Part shown: piece by piece, positions 39,815-49,158 of the stretch
How positions within the stretch are numbered: position 1 is the first letter of the stretch
Layout of the letters: every line of letters starts with the position of its first letter
Origin: Yuukianura sp. NJ FZ-2021
Lineage: Eukaryota
Assembly (NCBI GenBank): GCA_046563655.1
Contig: CM102290.1
Span: forward strand, 8,742,001-8,806,000
Reading direction: 5' to 3'
DNA length: 64,000 bases
The notes under the pieces: generated by a model
What the model was told of the DNA's origin: nothing
The model's database searches: none
What the model saw: the letters and a program-made list of their open reading frames with translations, nothing else
Position numbers and translations under genes: made by a program

Positions 39815-40689
39815 CAGTGTTGCTGGATGCTTAAACGTCCAGTGGCTTAATTGCCACTTCCACTGGACATCCAGTGGATGAAATCGTAGCAACCCATCTG
39901 CGCCTAACCAAAGTGCGCCTCTCCAATATGCGCCTCTCAATGTGCGCCTAAAAAATGTGCGCCTCCAGCCAAAGTGCGCCCCTATCAATATGCGCTTAAA
40001 AAATGTGCGCCTATATCCAAAGTGCGCCTCCAGCTCCAATTAAATACCAGGTATATTTGGTTTCATTCAATTAGAAGTTGGAGTTCTCCAACAGGGGTAG
40101 TTTCACAACCCAAGCGTTTATAGTTTCCCGCGCCGAAGGCGCGGTGTTAGGTTTTTAAATTCGCAATAGTGATTACGTCTCAAGGGTTTAGATTGGGTAG
40201 GTTACGTTTGTTTAACGTTCGAAATACTGATTACTTCTCGATGGTTTCTGCTTAGGTTTGGTTAGTGTTATTGGTGGTTTTTAATTGGATCTGAAGGCGC
40301 TGTTTGATTGGAGGCGCACTTTGGAGAGGCGCACTTTGGTTAGGCGCAGATGACCTGGAACCGATGAAATGGGGTCCTACTGGACGGTGGATGGAAGAAA
40401 TCAGCTGACTTTAGAAAATAAGCGCAAATTTCAAATAAATTTACATTATAAATTATAAAATAATGTAATTAGATATTAGTTATTTAATTACATTAAATTG
40501 AATATGTTTGAACACAATTTTCCGTTTTTTTCTGAGATTATTTGAATTTATTCTATTCGTTAAGTTTAAAACAATTCAAAAACTGCTGGTGTAACTCCAC
40601 CCTTTTGGATTCATCCATTTCGTCCATTTCTTCCACTGGATATCCAGCCGTGGATGAAATGTCAAAAAAGTGGATATCCAGCAACACTG
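39815..40689. mobile_element. Middle element B: hAT-type MITE inserted in element A
   Basis: 14-bp perfect TIR CAGTGTTGCTGGAT / ATCCAGCAACACTG, exact 8-bp TSD GCGCCACT (39807-39814 and 40690-40697), and TGGA(C/T)ATCCA subterminal repeats. Confidence 0.85.
39885..40363. mobile_element. Inner element C: second copy of the element-A family, inserted in element B
   Basis: CGTAGCAACC...GGAACCG termini, subterminal inverted repeat CATCTGCGCCTAACCAAAGTGCGCCTCTCCAA, and TSD (G)ATGAAAT (39877-39884 and 40363-40370). Confidence 0.85.
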
Positions 40690-41575
40690 GCGCCACTCAA
40701 TATGCGCCTAAAAATATGCGCCACTAACCAAAAGCGCCTAACCAAAAAGCGCCACCATGCAAAAAGCGCCACTACCCAAAAAGCGCCACCTGCTCCAATT
40801 AAAAACCAGGTATATTTGGTTTTATTCAATTACAAGTTGGAGTTATCCAACAAGGAGAATTAACTATCCGCAACCTAGGCGTTTAAAGCTTCCCGCGCCG
40901 AAGGCGCGGTGTTACATTTTTAAATTTGGAATACTGATTACGTCTCCAGGGTTTAAATTGGGTAGGTTAGGTTTTTTTAAAGTTCGCAATACTGATTACT
41001 TCTTGAGGGTTTCTGCTTAGGTGTGGTTAGTATTAATGGTGGTTTTTAATTGGGTCTGGAGGCGCTTTTTGGTTAGGCGCTTATGGACGTAGGCGCATTT
41101 TGGGAAGTGGCGCTTATTTTTTAGGCGCATATTGAGTGGCGCATATTGGAGTGGCGCTTATTGAAGTGGCGCTTATGACCCGGAACCGCTGTGGGTTGCT
41201 GTGAACACAGGATGCTGAAAAATGAAGTTTAAATCGTATGTACTCTATTATTCGTGTCCTTACTGGACGTTAGGTGTCGAAAAAAAACTTTGTAAAATCG
41301 ACTATCTTAACACTAGTTTAGTATTTGTGAGGAATGTGAGGAATTTCATTTACTAATTTTTCTCATTCAAAAGCTAATGAGTGGAAGAGGGACTTGGAAG
41401 AGGTGGTAAACACCGAGAACACTTCCCATTGGGCCTCAGAACCCAGCAGACAAACCCACGAGTAACGAGAGCATCTCACTCCACAACGTCTCCTCCCTCA
41501 CTTGTTCCAAAGTCGATCTGGACACCTTACCTCCCTCGTCACTTCCAGTCACTCCAACCTACTCCAGGCACCACC

Positions 41576-44233
41576 ATGTCAGCCAAACCACAAGACACTT
41601 CGTCTGCCCTATTCTCCATCCAGAGCATTCTCAGCCGAGGACTGGATGGAGTCTGGACATCGTTCATGGCAGGTCAACATCCCCATGACCTTTTCCAGCC
41701 ACAGAAACAGAGCCAAGGATCCGCCGAATCCGACACTGTCCAGCACTCAACGCCACCACCAACACTCCAACCGGCGACCTGGGACACGGAAGCACTAGAT
41801 ATGACAGTCAAACAACAAATCGTAAGCCCTAAAGGTAAGCTCAGTTTTTCATAATATCACTTAAACTAACGGACAAATGTCTAATGTAAAATGTAAAATG
41901 TGTTGTATAAAGTTCCAGATGCTGAAAATAAGCAGCGTAAGAAGCGATCTCGAGCAGCGTTCTCACATGCTCAGGTAATTGAATTTAATCAATCGTTTAG
42001 TTTAGCTGATCTGTTTTAGCGATTTCGACTTAGATTTTGGAGCGTTTCGCTTTCACATCCCCCCTTTCTAAAACTACCCCATTACAACTGCAGTGCATTT
42101 GCATCAAAATTTTCTTACTTCTAAATCCAAAGTGCGATGGATTTTGAACTAAGTTGATACCTAATCTGTTTTAAATGAGAGAGTCATAGCAAAAACGTTT
42201 CCTTTATTTTACGAATATTATTTTACTGTATGATTTATCTTTTGTCAGTTTCTGTAGCTTCAAAACTTTTGTCAAATTCTTCGTTGGTCGAAACTGAAAG
42301 TGCACTGTTAGTTTTTCGTTTTTTGTATTTTGTAATTTTTAATAACTTTTTGCTAATTTGTTTGAAGGTGTACGAGTTGGAACGCCGCTTCAGTCATCAG
42401 CGATACCTGTCTGGACCTGAGAGAGCAGACCTTGCCCTTGCTCTAAAACTAACAGAGACACAGGTACGCTTGACACTTCATAAGTCATAGTTTTAGTAAG
42501 GTCAAACGCAAGAGAGATCTTGTTTTCCAAAGAACTGTACAAGTTTTATAACATATTTTCCTCTACTAAACATTCAGTGAAACTGGACAAAATCATAAAG
42601 TCCTGACAATTTGCAAATGTTGAGGACATTTGAAATCCAATTAACTCGGAACATGTAAGGATTGGTCTTTGGAATCCCCCTTGTGAAGCATAAGTTAAGA
42701 GCACGTCTTCTACATAGTTTAAGTTGTATTGGATCAATCAGTGGTCCATATGGATACAAACTGAAACTGAAGAAGTGAACTGTTTATTACCTACCCCACC
42801 TACCCTTGTACTTATCCTTAGGACTTTCCTTAGCTAAATGACTCAAGTTGGACATGGGAAACTACACACAGTTCGTACACAACTTTAGCATTTTAGTTTG
42901 TTGCACTTTGCAAATCGCTCATTCCATTCCATCTAAGTTCTTGGTTTCTGTGGATGGATATTAGCCTAGAACTCGCATTCTGGAAGAACTGGGGAAGTAT
43001 TCCATGCAATATTTGATGTTCTAATCGACATGTGCTCTTTTTTAATCACCACATACCACTCACACTAGGCTCTCATCTTCACAAACTTACATCTTCTCTT
43101 TCAGAATCCACCATTTAATAAGTCTGCAGAATCACATTCATCTTTCCAAAGGAGGAATTAGGATTAAAACATTTTGGCCCTTCACGAAATTCAGCCACTC
43201 CAGATTAACTTTGGACAGGAACAGAGATGAACCACTTAACGTTTGAAGCACTTAACTTCCCGCTTTCCTCTTTTCTAAAATAAGAACAAATCAATTGGTA
43301 GCTTTCCTCCACACACTGTTTCCCCTTTTCGATTTCAATCTGTTTTCTGGAAAACGGAATTACACCTCTTTCAAAATTAGAAGAAAAAAATCTCGATTGC
43401 AATTGGGCTGAGTTGAGATATTGGTAGCACAGTAGAATGCTGCCAGTGCCAGTATTTCTATATGCTGTGCTATGCCGTTGAATTCTAGAAAGACTAAATT
43501 ATTGCGCTGTGTTAGACACTTTGTAGCTTTAAGTGGAGTTAACAACAGATTTGATAGGAAGTTTTGTTGGAATTGTTTTTATATCGACTGGGAGAAAGTG
43601 CTTTACTGACATTGTCAAAAATTGGGAAAAAAAGAATTAGAAAGTTTTTTTTGGCTTAGTTTGAATTTTATTTTAATTTGAGTTGTTGTAGACGATTGCC
43701 GCATAATAAGGTTAATGATGGTTGAAAATTGTTGGTCCAAAATTTGTTTTTGTTTTTCTGACTAGGTCAAAATCTGGTTTCAAAACCGAAGGTACAAAAC
43801 CAAGAGAAAGTTGCAACAAGATCTTACTACTCCGCAATGTCCAACTCAATCTCCTCGCAAAGTGGCTGTACAAATTTTAATGAAAGATGATAAAGTAAGT
43901 AATTACAGACGTATTTTATATTTTTATTTTCCATGTTTATGAAAAAGATGTTTCAGATGTATCTGAACATCCGCGTCGTTTTCAATTTGTAGTGATTGGA
44001 TGATTTGGCTTTGATTCTGACACTGATTTGTGCAGGTTGTCTACGACCGTGATCAAGTGAAGCCTTACATTTACCCACCGCTTTTCCTGAATTCGTTGTT
44101 TAACAGTTACTACTTCTACCCATCTCTTTACCCAGGAGGATTCGGAAACGCAGATCAGCGTCCAGGAATGGATCTGTCAACTTCTCCAAAGCCCTTCATG
44201 GACCTCTCACCCCAGGAACTGCACCAACAATAA
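41576..44233 (+). CDS. bap: Bagpipe/NK3 homeobox transcription factor, 5 coding exons, ~245 aa: join(41576..41834,41919..41974,42368..42463,43766..43894,44036..44233)
   Basis: Homeodomain [59 protein letters not shown] (NK3 type, Y54). It has the eh1 motif FSIQSIL, the NK2-SD/bap-type motif [12 protein letters not shown] and a Tyr-rich C-terminus. The ATG is in a CCACCATG context. GT-AG introns with phases 1,0,0,0. Confidence 0.95.
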
Positions 44234-47200
44234 CAGTTTCCAACCATGAAGACAAGGAGAAGGACATTTCCATCCTACATCGTGACTCAAAATTAGCCTT
44301 AACTTTTTTAATTTTAAGTCCTCCGTACGTTAACAGTTTTTACTTTTGTTTTGAAGAAGAGTTTAGGCATAGGAGCAGGACAGACAGCGGGATCCCACTT
44401 GCTTTCTTTTTCTTCCGTCCTTTATTATCTTACGCTAAAAAAAGCAGACGGGGCTCATGAAATCCGACCAAATCCCGTGAACGTCTTTTAGTCAACTCAT
44501 CTGAACTAATATTTGGACTTGGAGAGAACAGAATGCTTTGTGTATAATTCTACACTTTGACTTTTTATGGCTACCCACACATACAGATACGTCTTCTACT
44601 ATAGGATTCGGTAATAGTTTAACATAAGCTTAGACATGTTCCGTTTCCCTTGAGTATTTAGCAGCCTAAGTGTAAAGTATAATAGGAGATGAGATCTTCA
44701 TGACTCTGGGATTGAGTTACTGTTTAACGTCAGGATGAAATAACTCATCATCTGTCACACTACTCTAACAAAAGATCAGCACTAACCCCTCTTCCAAAAT
44801 AGATCTGTCATTCAATAACGAGGAGAAAGCAAGTGAAAGTCAACAATTCCCCTTCCATTTTAACCTTCATTAATCTTGTACACTCTAACATTGAGGATCA
44901 CCTTACAAAAGTCAGGCTGTCCACTTAATTCTGCATTCTCTCCAAGTCCACATACTTTCCTTCAGATGACTCGTCCTAGCTCACAGTGTAAATACTAAAA
45001 AGTAGTTTACAGTTGAATATAAAATTTTCATTATGTTCCTTTACCTCGAGAGAAATTTCCACGGGAAGTTAAGTTGATGAATTTATTCGTCAGTTGGATC
45101 CCTAGGTATATTTGTCGTAGTTGTTACGATGTTGCTTACCTAAGAAAAAGAATCTAGTCCTTCGTACATGACACTAAGGACTAACGTACAAGGTATGACA
45201 ACATATTACGTTTAGCGTGGATTATTTTCATGAATTAATCAGTGAATTTCTGCACTGATGGTGGTATATTAGTAAGTTGTCAGAAATTCAAGTTGACTGA
45301 GCGAGTCAAGTCAATAAATTATTGAGCAAAGGAAAATTTGTTAATTTTTTGATTCTTACTATACTTTTTTAAAAATTTGAGTTTAAATTTATGTAATTTC
45401 AAGTTGCAGGCAGTTCTCGGCTGGACGCACTTTGTACTTGTAGAATCGCCCGAGGTCAACTAGAGTTCTAAAGATTTGAAGGCTTGGCGTGAACAATATG
45501 CTGTAGAAGAAGAGAGACAATGGGATGAAATTAGGCGGATCATTTACGCCTTGATGGGCCTTTGGTCGTTCCATTGATGGAAGTGGAGAGAGCGTAATTG
45601 AATAGGACTCTGAAGTGTATTTTGTTTTGATTGGAGTGGTTGTCATCTGAATGCACAAGTGGGTTCCATTGACTCTGTCCGGGACTTTCTCCCGCTTTCT
45701 CCTGATTTGAAACATTTTGTGGGAAAGGGGGCGGGGGCCTTGGCTGTTCCTAGGCTGGAAGTAATGGGAAATGGGGCGGAGTGAAAATGAAAGTCAAAGT
45801 GGAACCTGGTAGGGAGAAAGTTGTTCAAAATTCAAGCCGAAATGCTTCTGCCTCAATTTAAAGTCCCTTTGTCTCTTATGGCACAGTGTAATTTTGAACT
45901 TGTCTCCACTTTTGGGTGAAGCTCGGCTGGCAGTAATTGTTGGTGGTGGTGGTGAGAGCGTGTGGTTGACTTGTGTCATCTCGTCGTCACTTTTTTTCTG
46001 GCAAGGGGATGTTCTGGCTGGTGGAGTTTAAACCGAATTTCGGTTAAACGCGGGGAGCTGGAACAGGAAGGGATCGATGGAGTTGTTAAGAGATTAAGTT
46101 CCAAAAGTTCTTTCACGAAGAATCCCCTGCGTTCTAATTCTTTTTATTTAAACCGACCGTAACTTATCTTTCAAAGGAGTACTCAAAAACAAATGAAAAT
46201 TCATTTCATCTCAATCTCAGTTTGTCTATCCAGAGAAAAAATTATTACTGTTTTATTCTTTCAGTTTTATCAAAAGTTGAAACAAAATCACAACTCTCGG
46301 ATCTCTGTAATTTATTTTATAAGGTGAGGTTATGAAATAAGTTAAGAATTTTTTTTTGCAAGCCAACTCCGGTTTGTTTCCAATTTTTGCACACGTTTCA
46401 CATTTCGAAGTGTTTTCAAAGTCGCACTTTGATTTTTTCTTGACCTGTGACTTTTAGTACAAAAAGACACTGAATCGAAGGTATCGTTGATGGTACACCG
46501 TTGAACTTACCTGGGATAGCACTTAATTAATCTCGGCGTGTGCCAAAGACAGGAATGGAATGACAAAATTATAGAAATTAGATCAGATCACTTCGGTGGT
46601 AACAGTGTCACCTTATTGCTTTCACTCTGCATTAGGTGACAGGTGAGAGCCCATTAATCAACAACCCTCTATAATCTTCCTAATGGAAACTTAATGGCAA
46701 TTCACTTTCAATGTAAAGATGAAGCAATTTGTTCACAAAAGAGTAATGGACAGTCGAGGGAGGGAACACGCGCCGAAACAAAAATAGTAACTGGCACCTT
46801 TCCCTGTTTTGATTTTTCAAATTGAGTTGCATTCATTCCAAATTTTGACTCATTGTGCAGAAAGTAGAATCCATAGTGTTTACTTTTCTCAAGGAGAAAA
46901 CATGTTCCTTTTGTTAAAGATGGAAAATATGCTTTTATAAACAATTGGCGGGAGTAGCCTGTAGCAAAGGGGCCACACACAGTTTTCGTTTACATCTTCC
47001 GTTAACCCAGAATTTCTCAACCAACGGCCCAATACCCAGAAATCCGATCCCATTTTTAGACAAATCTGTTTGGAGCGAAGAATTTGTGTTTTGGTGACCA
47101 CCGCTAAGGACTTGTCGCACTGCATCCTTCATTTACTTACCAAAAATTCTCATGGAAAATATGTTTTCGGTTTTCATTTTAAAAATGCATGGTATGAGTT

Positions 47201-47649
47201 GGAAATTCTGAAATTCAATTTTCAATAAAAGTTAATTTCAATTAGGTTAGGATTAAATTCAATTTTGATTTAAAAGGTTTTGATTGAAGTCATCAACTGT
47301 AGAACAGAAAACTTTTTCATACTCTGGCGGAAATATGTTTCAAAAAACTACAAATTTTACACTGGAGTTTCAGTAGCAGTTTTTTGTTTGGAAAACTTTT
47401 ATTCCCAAATTTGAAAATTTTGAAATTTTGCAAAGAAAGTTTTCAGTTTGGAAGAACCTGAATTAATTGTGACACATTTTCCGCATGTTGTAAAGACATT
47501 ATTAGGCATGAGTTGTTTTTACTGTGGCAATGTGCCTGATTTTTAAATTTATGCAAATGTCAAACGATTTGAGAGTTTTTCTTTGGAATTGTTTGCTAAT
47601 TTGTTCGATGGTGTAATAATTCGGAACTTCCTGGGGCAACTTTTGACTT

Positions 47650-49158
47650 TTAGACTGCCGAGTAAGTGCAAATATTCTGAAGGAGTTGTTGGTGCGGAAA
47701 GAATTGATTTGAGAATATGGACGAAGTCTGTTGAGTACTTTGTGGATCCATTAGACACTGGTGTGGAAGCGGATGATTTTGAAAGGGAAGTTGATCTGCG
47801 TCTTCAAATAGCGCTGACAGATTTAGGTGGCCTCCTGCTGCATCAGCGTCTTCTCTGCCTCTCGCCCTTCGCCCAATTCCTCGCAAAGGACTTGCAGGAG
47901 TGCCTGCACTGCCCGGATTCGGAGAGTTGTGACTAGGATCCGGACCGGAATCGGGTAGCGTCTTTTTGGACTTGTAGCGCCGATTCTGGAACCATATCTT
48001 GACTTGATTTGGAGTCAACTTGAGCACTTTGGCCAAACTATCTCGTTCATTGGCTGATAGGTAGCGCTGACTCTTGAATTTTCGTTCGAGTTCAAAAACT
48101 TGGGCCTGCAACAACACAAAAAAATCCCCCTGGTTTTAGTTTGTCAAAAACTATTCTCAGGGAAATGAAACTAAAAGCTTTGAATTTCCCCCGCTAGAAT
48201 TCTACACTGCATGCGGAAAGCCAAGTTCGGAGTTTGTTTGGCCGGGTTTCTCCTATTCACATACTTACTTTCTCCCACTGATTTCTCTCATCATCATTTC
48301 TCTCTGATCTCATCAAGTTATCATAAAATAATTCAAATTTTTGAAAACTAACAGCAAATGTCATCAATGCATTTCTATTCTCAAAAAATTTTTCTAACCT
48401 GAGAGAAAAGAATTCTCGGCTTTCTCTTCGGCTTGTTCGTTTTGTGAATTGGTTTTCTCAGAGATGGCACCACTTGGACCATTGTGCTGCTGCTGGTTTG
48501 AGGCGACTGATGCTTTGTTTTGTTTGTACTCAATCCTGATTGGTCCGGATTGAGTCTTGGGCGAGACGACTTGAGAGAGGTCAGTGTCCATTCGAATCCA
48601 GCGCCCGGGTCAATCTAAGACAAAAACAATATTTTCAGCAACTAATTAGAATTTGGCTACAAAATTTGAATTTTACCTTATTTGTGTTCGTACTTGCCAA
48701 TTCTTTTGTAAATGGCGAGCAGAGTGTCGTTAGATGGGCCACATGTGGGGATGTAATGATGTGATGATTTAGTGGCTTTATTAGTAGAGCTTCAGAAACA
48801 ATTCTTTGGAAAATTTTGAAAATAAAAAGAGGTGAAATTTTCATCAAAAAAGAAGCTTGGAAACGTCTTCATGTTACCTTTGTTGATGCGTGCATGGAGG
48901 TTGGGATTGGTAGGTGTAAGGAATTGAAAGATGAGCATTGTACGGAGGAATTCCATTGTTCGGGAGAGTGTCACTGATCGCAGTGACCCCTGCCGAAGTC
49001 TTGGCGTGGGAAATTTGAGTCAAGTCCAAGAAGTCAGTTGACCAAAATGACTCTGAGGATGAGACAGCCGAAGTGGAAGGAGCAGCTAATGGAGGAATAA
49101 GGAACGGTCCAGCAGCACAGGGTTCCTCAGAAAGGATTTCACGGAAAGACGGAATCAT
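47650..49158 (-). CDS. tin: Tinman/NK4 homeobox transcription factor, 4 coding exons, ~359 aa: complement(join(47650..48105,48399..48614,48677..48803,48878..49158))
   Basis: Homeodomain [58 protein letters not shown] (NK4/tinman type, Y54), positioned between NK3 and Msx. Phases 2,0,0 give an open frame; introns are 74, 62 and 293 nt. The two 5' exons are less certain than the homeobox exons. Confidence 0.88.

Larger units (their letters stand above)
39792..41188. mobile_element. Outer element A (GCGCC-repeat MITE family, ~510 bp once the inserts are removed)
   Basis: Starts CGTAGCAACC and ends GGAACCG like element C. It has inverted arrays of GCGCC/GGCGC repeats, an internal CCGCGCCGAAGGCGCGG hairpin, and a core clearly homologous to 40030-40300. 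It is split after ~23 bp by element B. Confidence 0.8.

Noticed and set aside
39895..40035. GCGCC periodic repeats as a CRISPR-like array
   Set aside because: Eukaryotic context, ~15-bp degenerate units without unique spacers, and mirrored at the other end of the element.
39785..41020. ORFs within the nested elements as a possible transposase
   Set aside because: Short, repeat-derived and without DDE or zinc-finger motifs; the elements are non-autonomous.
48394..48591. ORF-track peptide MDTDLSQVV... as tin exon 3
   Set aside because: Wrong frame. The frame IDPGAG...[12 protein letters not shown] supplies the homeodomain N-terminal arm and fits the splice phases.
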